Origin: an uncultured Armatimonadetes bacterium
Lineage (GTDB): Bacteria; Armatimonadota; UBA5829; DTJY01
Length of the DNA: 64,000 bases
Assembly (NCBI GenBank): GCA_963717145.1
Contig: OY970325.1
Coordinates: 576,001-640,000, forward strand
Direction: 5' to 3'
Positions 44,933-53,856 of this stretch are shown here, piece after piece. The notes under the pieces are model-generated. The model ran no database searches. It was given only the letters and a program-made list of their open reading frames with translations, and was not told where the DNA came from. The first letter of the stretch is position 1. Each line of letters starts with the position of its first letter. Both the position numbers and the translations under genes were made by a program.

Positions 44933-45454
44933 TCAAGGTGAGACTACGCGGCCTTCGCTTGCCAGGTACTCCGCGAGCTTGTCGAATGATTCGCTCCATC
45001 CCTGCCGAGCACCCTCCCTATCCGGGCCTGGTGGGATGCCGACGTGACGCAAGGTCAGTCGAGTCCTGCAGCCATCCTCCTCGAAGGTCACCGTGATCAG
45101 CATCTCGAGCGGGAAGTCCGCGCTCATATCGTAGTAGGTCGCCGGGACGACGTTGCCTTGCTCATCGGCAAAGTAGTTGGTCATGACGAGCCGTTCGGGA
45201 TCAACGATCTCGCGATAGGTACCCCTGCCGCAGTAGTCGCGCCCCTCAGGGGATCGCATGCAGTTCCGATATTCGCCGCCAACGCGCAGGTCGATCTCGC
45301 ATACGGGCGTGGTGAACCCCCTCGGTCCCCACCAGCGCTTCACCTGCTCGCAGTGCGTCCACGCCTCGAACACCCTCTCTCGCGGCGCATCGAAGACGCG
45401 GGTAATAACCAGTTCTCCCTGTTCCTCCGCAGGGACAATCTCCCTCATGGCCAT
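44933..45454 (-). CDS. SRPBCC/AHSA1 domain protein
   Basis: LVITRVFDAPRERVFEAWT, WWGP, DLRVGG, GWSESFDKLAEYL. Confidence 0.9.
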   Translation of the reverse strand: MAMREIVPAEEQGELVITRVFDAPRERVFEAWTHCEQVKRWWGPRGFTTPVCEIDLRVGGEYRNCMRSPEGRDYCGRGTYREIVDPERLVMTNYFADEQGNVVPATYYDMSADFPLEMLITVTFEEDGCRTRLTLRHVGIPPGPDREGARQGWSESFDKLAEYLASEGRVVSP

Positions 45455-45735
45455 TGTCGTTCTCCTTTCGATGCAATCTCCAGATCACCAGTCCGCCTGG
45501 CATCATTCATCCACTGCACTTCTTTCCGATTCTGCCCAGAGATCAAACGCGGAAGTCCCTCCCATAATATCGGTCCTCGTGATGTCATACTCTGGTGTTC
45601 TCAGGTCCAAGTACAGCTTCGTCGAATGCCCGAGGAAGGCAGGAGAACACAGACCGAGTCCAGAAACCTCTACTGAGTCAGCGGTTCAATAGTATCCGAC
45701 TGGCAGTTACGTTAACCACTAAGGGTAACCAAGCA

Positions 45736-48552
45736 ATGAATACGCAACGGGATGTGTTCCTTTGTCATGCTAGCGAAGAAAAAGCCAGTGTTGTAAGACC
45801 GCTGGCTACTGGACTCACCGAATCCGGGATTTCCTGCTGGTTCGACGAGGCAGAGATCAACTGGGGTGACAGCATCACTGATAAGGCTAATGAGGGATTG
45901 CGCATTTCCCGTTTCCTCGTCGTGGTGCTGAGCAAAGCATTTCTTGCGAAACCTTGGCCAAAACGCGAACTCAACGCGGTTCTGAATCTTGAGGCGTGTA
46001 CTGGGCAGACTCGTGTCCTTCCGCTCATCGTGGGGACACCTGAGGATTGCATCGAGATACGTGCAAGTCTACCTATGCTGAACGACAAACTGTATCTCAC
46101 CTGGGATGACAATGTCGATGCCATTGTTACTGCGTTGAGATCTAGGCTGGATGCTCATCTGCCTGAGTCAGACAGCGATCGCGATATCATGGATGAACCG
46201 TCACCTCGAAGTCCGGGCTCACCTATCGTGGGTTTGTGCCCGGCAGACGTCAGCCATATCTTTAAGGATCGGGTCAGTGAGATTGAGACGTTGAGGCGGG
46301 CGTTGAAGTCACCTGATCACAGGGTTATCTGTATCGTCGGCCGGGGTGGCCTGGGCAAGACAGCTCTACTATCCAAGCTGTGCATGGAGATCGAGGGTGG
46401 AGTGACTCGCGTGTCGACATCGGCGGCTAACATCGGGGCTGATGGGATCATCTACTTAAGCTGCCGGGAGAGCGGCCAGCCCAGCCTCGAGCAGATATTC
46501 CTCGCTTTCGGACGCATCCTAGGCGACGGGGAGGGCATGAGCCGCTTGTGGAATGATGACTCCATCTCCGTGCCGGCGCGTATTCGAGAGTTGCTCCGTC
46601 TGCTTGGTGGCCCGAAATGCTACCTCCTGGTACTAGACAACGCAGAGGATGTTCTTGAGGATGACGGTCGAATTGCCGATGCTAATCTCCGGGCGCTCAT
46701 TGAGATAGTGGCGTCAACATCACACGCACTTCGGGTAATCGTAACGAGCCGCAGATCTGTGGCTCTGCATAGCCAAGGTGGTCTGAGTGTATGCACGATC
46801 AACCTCGACCTTGGATTACCGGATGCTGAGGCTATTCAACACCTACGCGACCTCGACCAAGACGGCGCATCGGGCCTCCGCGATGCTCCCGAGGAGGCTC
46901 TCCTTCAGGCGGCACAACGGTGCATGGGCATTCCCCGCGCGCTGGAGTTGCTCCAGGGATTCTTGGCTCGCAATCCTCATCTGACACTCGGAGAGGTGTT
47001 GGACGACCATGGACTATTTGAGAAACTGGAACACCGCGATCCTGGGGCTCACCGTACTGAACGCCTTGTGGAGGCCCTGGTAGCCGCCAGCTATCATCGA
47101 GGTGATGGGTGTCAGCGTCGCGTTATTGAAATTCTTGCTGTGTTCGGCGGTCCGGTTCCGCTAGTCGCCATCGAATATATGGCGAGGGCCTCGGGTATGG
47201 ATGTGGATATCAAACGGATACTTGATGGTCTTGTATGCACCCGCTCGGTCACATTCCGACGCACCCGGCGCACCTATGAACTACACCCGATTGATCAGAG
47301 CTACGCATGCTCACAGATCGCAATTGAGGGCGAAACTGGACGTGTGCAGTTGCATCGAATCGCCGCAGCCTACTACCATTCGCAGGAACTGCCGGAGGAA
47401 CAGTGGCACACCATTTCCGACCTACAGCCTCAGCTCTGCCAGGTGCAGCATCTGATTGCTGCCGAGATGTGGGATGATGCCTCACTGGTGTTGAAGCAGA
47501 TTGGTCATCGTTATCTGCGCCCATGGGGTTACAGGTCGCTACGTCTGGAGCTATTGAAGAAGCTGAACGGGAGGGTGACTGGACGTTACGATCGCCTCTA
47601 TAATCTTAATGAGCTTGGCCTTGCATACTACTCCTGTTGTCTGCATCGCCCAGCGATCGAGTGCTTCGAACGGATGATCACCGAGATAACACCGGACGAT
47701 CCACCAGAGATCCTGAGGGCCTATGGTGCCGCTCTGCTGAACAAGGGACTGATCGAGCGAGAGGCGGGCCGTTTCGCGCAATCGTGCGCTTCCTTCACGC
47801 GCGCCTTGGATGTACATAGATCGCTTTCCATCTCGCCTGGGAATAGCCTGGGTAGTATCGGTGTTAGTCACATGCGAATGGGGGATCTTGCTCAGGCTAC
47901 TGATTGGTTAGAGCACTCGATTGAGGCTAGTAAGGCACCCAGCGTTGACCTTCGCGCATCAACCGAACACATCGGGATACACCTCATTGCACTAGGAGAG
48001 GTACTTATGCTGCAAGGCGACTGTGCAGGCGCTATTGTCCGTGCATCTGAGGGTATGGAATACTCAGAGCAGGTATTCCATCGCTTGGGCATAGCTCGCG
48101 CACTATCTTTGCTGGGAACAGCATACCTGTCAATGGGACGCGTTTCCGATAGCCGTCGGGCGTTTGAGCGGGAAGAAGGTATGGACCTGCCAAAAGCTGC
48201 CCCGCTGTGTTCGCTAATGATTGGTATTGTCGAACTGGCCAAGGGGTCTTGCACCGCTGCGGATAAGCGCTTCACGCAAGCGATTGAATCCAGCCGAATG
48301 CTACTGAGTCTAACCGACGATCTGTACGAGCAGTACTATGTGCAGGCACTAGCTCTACTTGCCGCAAGACAGACGCTGAATGCAATGCGCGCATACCAAC
48401 TTGCACTCAGTCGATCTTCCGCACGCGGCGTATTGATGGAAGCCTTGCTCCGTCTGGATCTACTCGATCAAGCGTCGGAGCAGCATCCTGGTGTGATAGA
48501 AGTACACGAAATGCTTGAGATAGCACTTTCGAATGCAACGCCATCCGGCTAG
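45736..48552 (+). CDS. TIR - STAND/NB-ARC NTPase - TPR protein (NLR-like, putative anti-phage)
   Basis: TIR: DVFLCHASEEK, WFDEAEINWGDSI, WPKRELNA. NTPase: Walker A GRGGLGKT, Walker B LLVLDNAE, IVTSRR, GIPRAL, YELHPI. C-terminal TPR-like repeats. Confidence 0.88.
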   Translation: MNTQRDVFLCHASEEKASVVRPLATGLTESGISCWFDEAEINWGDSITDKANEGLRISRFLVVVLSKAFLAKPWPKRELNAVLNLEACTGQTRVLPLIVGTPEDCIEIRASLPMLNDKLYLTWDDNVDAIVTALRSRLDAHLPESDSDRDIMDEPSPRSPGSPIVGLCPADVSHIFKDRVSEIETLRRALKSPDHRVICIVGRGGLGKTALLSKLCMEIEGGVTRVSTSAANIGADGIIYLSCRESGQPSLEQIFLAFGRILGDGEGMSRLWNDDSISVPARIRELLRLLGGPKCYLLVLDNAEDVLEDDGRIADANLRALIEIVASTSHALRVIVTSRRSVALHSQGGLSVCTINLDLGLPDAEAIQHLRDLDQDGASGLRDAPEEALLQAAQRCMGIPRALELLQGFLARNPHLTLGEVLDDHGLFEKLEHRDPGAHRTERLVEALVAASYHRGDGCQRRVIEILAVFGGPVPLVAIEYMARASGMDVDIKRILDGLVCTRSVTFRRTRRTYELHPIDQSYACSQIAIEGETGRVQLHRIAAAYYHSQELPEEQWHTISDLQPQLCQVQHLIAAEMWDDASLVLKQIGHRYLRPWGYRSLRLELLKKLNGRVTGRYDRLYNLNELGLAYYSCCLHRPAIECFERMITEITPDDPPEILRAYGAALLNKGLIEREAGRFAQSCASFTRALDVHRSLSISPGNSLGSIGVSHMRMGDLAQATDWLEHSIEASKAPSVDLRASTEHIGIHLIALGEVLMLQGDCAGAIVRASEGMEYSEQVFHRLGIARALSLLGTAYLSMGRVSDSRRAFEREEGMDLPKAAPLCSLMIGIVELAKGSCTAADKRFTQAIESSRMLLSLTDDLYEQYYVQALALLAARQTLNAMRAYQLALSRSSARGVLMEALLRLDLLDQASEQHPGVIEVHEMLEIALSNATPSG

Positions 48553-48588
48553 CGCCGATGCACCATGCGGAGTCATGCTCATCAGTAC

Positions 48589-48930
48589 CTAGCTCACGGC
48601 AACATCCCCGTGCTCGGCGGTGCGGATGCGGATCGCGTCCTCGACCTTCGAGACGAAGATCTTGCCGTCGCCGATCTCTCCGGTCGCGGCGTGCTTGATG
48701 ATCGCTTCCACGACCGACTCGGCCAGCGAATCGACGACCACCGTCTCGATCTTCGTCTTGTCGAGCAGGTTCACGACGTATTCCTGGCCACGGTAGTACT
48801 GGGTCCGGCCACGCTGCTTGCCCGCGCCCATGACGTGCGTGACGGTGATGCCCTTTACGCCGATCTCATCGAGCGCAGCCTTCACATCGTCGAGCTTGTC
48901 CGGCCTGATGATTGCTTCAACCTTGATCAT
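48589..48930 (-). CDS. glnK: Nitrogen regulatory protein P-II
   Basis: MIKVEAIIRP, GKQRGRTQYYRGQEY, TGEIGDGKIF; co-transcribed with amtB. Confidence 0.95.
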   Translation of the reverse strand: MIKVEAIIRPDKLDDVKAALDEIGVKGITVTHVMGAGKQRGRTQYYRGQEYVVNLLDKTKIETVVVDSLAESVVEAIIKHAATGEIGDGKIFVSKVEDAIRIRTAEHGDVAVS

Positions 48931-48942
48931 GCGAACCTCCCA

Positions 48943-49020
48943 GGGGAATGGTTGATGGTTCATGGCTGATGGTTAATGTGGGGCCGGCCCCCATCAACCA
49001 TGAACTATGAACCATTCCCC
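48943..49020. repeat. Inverted heptamer microsatellite element
   Basis: ggggaatggtt gatggtt catggct gatggtt ... aaccatg aactatg aaccattcccc. Confidence 0.85.
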
Positions 49021-49027
49021 ATTTCCC

Positions 49028-50260
49028 CTAGAAATGATACCCGATTTCGCCGTGCTGGCTCAAGTCGAGGCCCGTCTCCTCGTCCTCGGCGGCTACTCGA
49101 AGTGGGGCGAAGAGCGCCGTGATCTTCAGCAGGATGAACGTCATAACAAGCGAGAATCCGGCAACCGCGAGGATTCCCATAAGCTGCTTCCCGATCAACG
49201 ATGTACCGCCCGAGAGGAGGCCGTTCGCTCCCGCCGGGTTTATGAGCTTGGTGGCAAAGAGGCCAACCGCCAGGACTCCCCATGCGCCGCCGATCCCGTG
49301 AACCCCGAATACATCCAGCGAATCATCGTAGTGGAATCTGTTCTTCAACGTGATGGCGAAGTAGCAGAGTACGCTCACTACGATGCCGATCGCCATCGCT
49401 CCCATCGGGCCGACGAACCCCGAGCCGGGGGTCACCGCCGCGAGGCCTGCGACCCCGCCGGTCGCCGCACCGAGTGCGCTCGGTCTACCCTGACGCCACC
49501 ACTCCAGCATGATCCATGTCATCGCCGCCGCCGCACCCGCGGTGTTCGTGGCGATGAATGCGCCGACCGCGATGCCGTTCGCCGCGAGCGAGCTTCCCGC
49601 GTTGAAGCCGAACCAGCCGAACCAGAGGAGCGCCGTGCCGACCACGGTCATCGTCAGGTTGTGGGGGGTGAACTCCTCCTTGCCGAAGCCCTTGCGACTG
49701 CCCAGGACGAGTGCGCAACAGAGCGCCGCGATCCCCGACGAAAGATGCACCACCAGTCCGCCTGCGAAATCGAGCGCGCCCATCTCCCTCAGCCATCCGC
49801 CCGGCGCCCAGACCCAGTGCGCGATCGGGCAGTAGACGAGGATGCTCCACAGCCCGGCGAAGATCACATATGCCTTGAACGACATCCGCTCGGCAAACGC
49901 GCCGGTTATCAGTGCCGGGGTGATGATTGCGAACATGCACTGGTAGATCATGAACAACTCGTGGGGAATCGTCGCGGAGTAGCTCGGATTCGGAGCCACA
50001 CCCACGTCACGGAGGCACACCCAATCGAACGATCCGATGAGTCCCCAATGGTCCGGCCCGAAGGCGAGGCTGTAGCCGAACAGAATCCAGATCATGCTCA
50101 CCAGGCCGACCATGGTGAAGCTCTGCAGGATCGTCGCGAGCACGTTCTTCCTGCGGACCATTCCGCCGTAGAAGAGCCCGAGTCCCGGCGTCATCAGCAT
50201 GACGAGCGCGGTCGAGATCAGGACCCAGACGGTATCGGCCGGATTGATGGATGATGGCAT
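49028..50260 (-). CDS. amtB: Ammonium transporter
   Basis: LMTPGLGLFYGG, AHWVW, DFAGGLVVH, LLWFGWFGFNAGS, DDSLDVFGVHG; SD GGAGGA. Confidence 0.97.
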   Translation of the reverse strand: MPSSINPADTVWVLISTALVMLMTPGLGLFYGGMVRRKNVLATILQSFTMVGLVSMIWILFGYSLAFGPDHWGLIGSFDWVCLRDVGVAPNPSYSATIPHELFMIYQCMFAIITPALITGAFAERMSFKAYVIFAGLWSILVYCPIAHWVWAPGGWLREMGALDFAGGLVVHLSSGIAALCCALVLGSRKGFGKEEFTPHNLTMTVVGTALLWFGWFGFNAGSSLAANGIAVGAFIATNTAGAAAAMTWIMLEWWRQGRPSALGAATGGVAGLAAVTPGSGFVGPMGAMAIGIVVSVLCYFAITLKNRFHYDDSLDVFGVHGIGGAWGVLAVGLFATKLINPAGANGLLSGGTSLIGKQLMGILAVAGFSLVMTFILLKITALFAPLRVAAEDEETGLDLSQHGEIGYHF

Positions 50261-50285
50261 CTTGGTCGTCCTCCAGCATGTTGGT

Positions 50286-50303
50286 GTGTACACTGTATTA
50301 CAC
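50286..50303. promoter_or_regulatory. Palindromic site GTGTA-N8-TACAC upstream of amtB
   Basis: gtgta cactgtat tacac, 26-43 nt upstream of the start codon. Confidence 0.45.
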
Positions 50304-50405
50304 TGATGTTTCCGGCGCGTTTCGGAATTGTTACGTCCATGTAAACAGGAGGGAACCGACGGCGTGAGAAGGAAGAAAGAAGCAGCTCAACGCGCGGGAG
50401 GATTG

Positions 50406-52673
50406 ATGTCGAAGCTCTGTGGAATCACTCTGGCGTTCGTCCTGGCGTCGGCACTCGCCGGTGAGACTTACTACGCCAACTCCATCGGCGGGGATGACGG
50501 GAACAGCGGAACGAGAATATCGACTCCCTGGAAGACGGTGGCGAAGGTGAGTTCGATGACGTTCGGGCCGGGGGACAGGGTCCTCTTCAAGAGAGACGGC
50601 CAGTTCACCGGCACGCTGACTCTGCACGGGAGCGGTACATCGGCGAGCCTGATTACCGTCGACGCATACGGAACAGGGAACAAGCCGGTCCTCATCGGAG
50701 ACGCGACCACGGACAGTGTCGGGGCCATGCGTTTGGAGGACCTCTCCTGCTGGTCGATCCGCAATCTGGAGATCCAAGCGCCGTGTACGAGCGGCATCAT
50801 ATTGCGGGGTTGCACCGGTGTGACCGTGCGGGAATGCGATTTCACGAACATTGAGTATCTCCCCCCACGTATGCCGGAGGGCGCGGACGCATGGGCGGTC
50901 AGCATCAACGCAGGGGCGACGGACGGCTCGAACAATACCATCGCCAACTGCACGTTCAAGAAGTGCGCCAAAGGGGTGATCATCTTCGCCGGCGACAACA
51001 TCGTGCTGAGGGACTCCTACTTCTACGACGTCAGCGACATCGCCGCCCTGTTCGCCGGGCACTGCGTCGGCAAGGTCGTGACCAACAGCCGGATCACTCG
51101 GTGCGTCTTCGACTACACGAACACGACCAGCAAGGGATGGAACCCGGTGATGTTCGGCGGGACGGACAACTGCTACCAGGAGTACTGCGAAATCAAGAAC
51201 ACCCCCGGCGGAGAGTGGGACCACCAGGTCTACGATTTCGATACCAACTGCAAGAACTCGTACATCCAGTACAACTACTCCCATGACAATCGCGGCGATC
51301 TGATGCACAGCTACTGGGTCGGCGAGGCGAACGGGCCGTGCGAGTTCCGGTACAACATCTCGGTGAACGACAGGACGATCTACAACTCGGTCAAGACGAC
51401 GTACGGCTTCCAGATGTACAACAACACGTTCTACAACTTCGGCGGCAACTTCGGGCGCGATATCGTCGCCTCCGACCTGACGGACACGGTCGTCAGGAAT
51501 AACATCTTCCACATGAAACCCGGCGCGGGTGGGATCAAGTCGTTTCCCGCCGGCTCGGACTACAACTGCTATGTCAACTGCACGAAGCCTGAGGGAGAGG
51601 CGCATTCCATCGAGGCGGATCCTCAGTTCGTCGATTCGAGCAATCCTCCCTTCGGATTGCGGCTTGCGTCGACCTCGCCTTGTAGAGATGCAGGCGCTCC
51701 TCCCGATGATCGCTGGCGGACCGGCAATCTGGCGCTCCATCGTGCAGTCACATCGAGCAGCTCCGTGGAAGACCGCGACTGGTCCGTCTCCAAGCTGGTC
51801 GACGGCACGATCAACACCGAGCCCTGGACAAGCGGGTGGCGGAGTTTTGGCAACGACAGGGTCGACCACGCCGAATGGCTTACCATCGACCTGGGAGCGG
51901 CGCATGATGTGAATCGGGTCATACTGCATCCAAGGAATGACTACGGATTCGTCGGCGTCGGCTTTCCGAAGGACTTCACCATCAGGCTTTCCCACGACAA
52001 CACCAACTGGACGACCGTCGTCACTCGGAGTAGGTATCCACAGCCGGGCAACTCGCCCCAGTACTTCACCTTCAGCATTCGGACCACCAGATACGTGAAG
52101 GTGACTATTACCGGGCTGAGGCAGGGCGCCGATTGGAAGTATGTAGCCTCGTTTGCCGAGATCGAGGTCCTCAATGACAGATCGCCTGTTCCACATGCAT
52201 ATCCTCCATCAGGTAACCTCGCGCTGAACAAGGATGTCATCGCCTCGCACTCCGCCGAGTCCTCGGGTTGGTTCAAGGTGAAGCTGGTGGACGGCATGAG
52301 GAGGTCGGTTCCCGAGGCGATGGGCTGGTCGAGCGATCCGTCGTGGAAACTCAATCGTCCTGAGTGGGTGAAGATCGACCTGGGCTCGATATGTAGCGTC
52401 GCCCGGGTCGATCTCTACCCGAGGAACGACGCCGGCAACGTGGGAGTCGGCTTCCCGGTCGACTGGACGATTCGGGTGTCGGCCGACGATCTGCATTGGA
52501 CGACCGTCGTCAAAGAGACCGGCTGCCCACAGCCGACCGATGGATTGGTCAGGACCTTCTCGTTTGCCGCTGCGAAGGCCAGGTATATTCAGGTATGGGC
52601 CAGAAACATAGGCAAAGATGGAGCCGGCAATCACGGGATGGCTCTTGCAGAGATCGAGGTATACGGCCGATGA
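50406..52673 (+). CDS. Secreted right-handed beta-helix protein with two F5/8 type C domains
   Basis: TYYANSIGGDDGNSG...PWKT, FGPGDRVLFKR, YIQYNYSHDN; two NLAL....SSS / W..IDLG / RYVKV / AEIEV modules. Confidence 0.8.
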   Translation: MSKLCGITLAFVLASALAGETYYANSIGGDDGNSGTRISTPWKTVAKVSSMTFGPGDRVLFKRDGQFTGTLTLHGSGTSASLITVDAYGTGNKPVLIGDATTDSVGAMRLEDLSCWSIRNLEIQAPCTSGIILRGCTGVTVRECDFTNIEYLPPRMPEGADAWAVSINAGATDGSNNTIANCTFKKCAKGVIIFAGDNIVLRDSYFYDVSDIAALFAGHCVGKVVTNSRITRCVFDYTNTTSKGWNPVMFGGTDNCYQEYCEIKNTPGGEWDHQVYDFDTNCKNSYIQYNYSHDNRGDLMHSYWVGEANGPCEFRYNISVNDRTIYNSVKTTYGFQMYNNTFYNFGGNFGRDIVASDLTDTVVRNNIFHMKPGAGGIKSFPAGSDYNCYVNCTKPEGEAHSIEADPQFVDSSNPPFGLRLASTSPCRDAGAPPDDRWRTGNLALHRAVTSSSSVEDRDWSVSKLVDGTINTEPWTSGWRSFGNDRVDHAEWLTIDLGAAHDVNRVILHPRNDYGFVGVGFPKDFTIRLSHDNTNWTTVVTRSRYPQPGNSPQYFTFSIRTTRYVKVTITGLRQGADWKYVASFAEIEVLNDRSPVPHAYPPSGNLALNKDVIASHSAESSGWFKVKLVDGMRRSVPEAMGWSSDPSWKLNRPEWVKIDLGSICSVARVDLYPRNDAGNVGVGFPVDWTIRVSADDLHWTTVVKETGCPQPTDGLVRTFSFAAAKARYIQVWARNIGKDGAGNHGMALAEIEVYGR

Positions 52674-53206
52674 TTCGGTTGCCCGAGGTCAGGATCGAGA
52701 CGGAACGCCTCCTGCTGATACCCACAACGCAGGATCACGCCGAGGTGTTCTTCAACGAGTTCACCTCTGATGTGACCGAGTTCATGTACCCTAAGCCGGC
52801 GGAGAACCTGGATGAGACCAAGCGGTTCATAGAGGAATCCTGCCGCGGACTGGAGGCAGGGATCAACTTGCACATGGTGGTCCTGGACAAGGCGACGGCC
52901 GAGTTCCTGGGATGCGTCGGCTTGCATGGTATCGGATCAGGCTGCCCTGAATTCGGCGTTTGGCTGAAGATCGGCGCTCACGGAAATGGGTTCGGCTTCG
53001 AAGCGGTGTCGGCACTCAAGCATTGGGCGGACGATAACCTGGAGTGTCAGGCGTACCTCTACCCCGTTGACTCCCGCAACATGCCATCGAAGCGGATTCC
53101 TGAGAGGCTTGGCGGCACGATCATCGACCAATACAGCGAACAAAGCATGTCAGGGAGGACACTGCACCTGGTCACCTACAAGATACCCGCCGACCACTGC
53201 CGCTGA
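52670..53206 (+). CDS. GNAT acetyltransferase (RimJ/RimL-like)
   Basis: IETERLLL, EFLGCVGL, EFGVWL..AHGNGFGFEA, NMPSKRIPERLGG; ATGA overlap with the upstream gene. Confidence 0.85.
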   Translation: MIRLPEVRIETERLLLIPTTQDHAEVFFNEFTSDVTEFMYPKPAENLDETKRFIEESCRGLEAGINLHMVVLDKATAEFLGCVGLHGIGSGCPEFGVWLKIGAHGNGFGFEAVSALKHWADDNLECQAYLYPVDSRNMPSKRIPERLGGTIIDQYSEQSMSGRTLHLVTYKIPADHCR

Positions 53207-53216
53207 GCCTGTGACG

Positions 53217-53240
53217 GAGATCGAGGTTTACAACCGATGA
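53217..53240 (+). repeat. Imperfect duplicate of the 3' end of the beta-helix gene (52650-52673)
   Basis: gagatcgaggtttacaaccgatga vs gagatcgaggtatacggccgatga, 21/24 identical. Confidence 0.75.
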
Positions 53241-53319
53241 CTCTCGGATACCATTTCAGTGGCAGAACGGATGGCGGTTACTCGGATGGATAGCACAAGT
53301 CTGGTCTGGAGGTGGCGAA

Positions 53320-53784
53320 GTGGAACAGGTAACTGAACGTGAACGGAACACACCGTCGTGGGCTCCGCTGGTGATTCGGCTCGTTCTCGGCGTAGTGTTC
53401 ATTGCCCACGGGTCCATGAAGGTCTTTGGAGCGTTCGGAGGTCACGGAATGCCCGGCACGATCGGAATGGTGGAGTCGTTGGGCTTTCCCGTACCTGTCA
53501 TATTCGCGTGGCTTGCGGCGTTGGCGGAATTCCTGGGTGGTATCGGGGTACTCGTGGGCCTATTAACGAGAGTTGGGGCTGCGGCGATTGCCGTCAACAT
53601 GATAGTTGCGATCACGATGGTCCACTTGAAGAACGGCTTTTTCGCTCCACGAGGCTACGAGTTTCCTCTCGTGCTCCTTGCGATGGCACTCTCGCTGATC
53701 ATCGCTGGTGCAGGTAGTATATCGCTCGATTGGCTTCTATGGCGCTCGCCACGTAAGGAAAGCCGCAATCCACTGGGCGGCTGA
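53320..53784 (+). CDS. DoxX family membrane protein
   Basis: IRLVLGVVFIAHGSMK, AEFLGG...GLLTR, GYEFPLVL, GAGSISLD. Confidence 0.9.
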   Translation: MEQVTERERNTPSWAPLVIRLVLGVVFIAHGSMKVFGAFGGHGMPGTIGMVESLGFPVPVIFAWLAALAEFLGGIGVLVGLLTRVGAAAIAVNMIVAITMVHLKNGFFAPRGYEFPLVLLAMALSLIIAGAGSISLDWLLWRSPRKESRNPLGG

Positions 53785-53856
53785 TGTCCTGTTTGCAGGC
53801 ATCTTCAGTACCGTTGTCGAAACATGATTCCGAATCCGGTAACGGGGGAGGGTCAT

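Noticed and set aside
44015-48590. tRNA-anchored integrative element or prophage
   Set aside because: No integrase and no duplicate of the tRNA 3' end (attR) seen downstream; called only an islet
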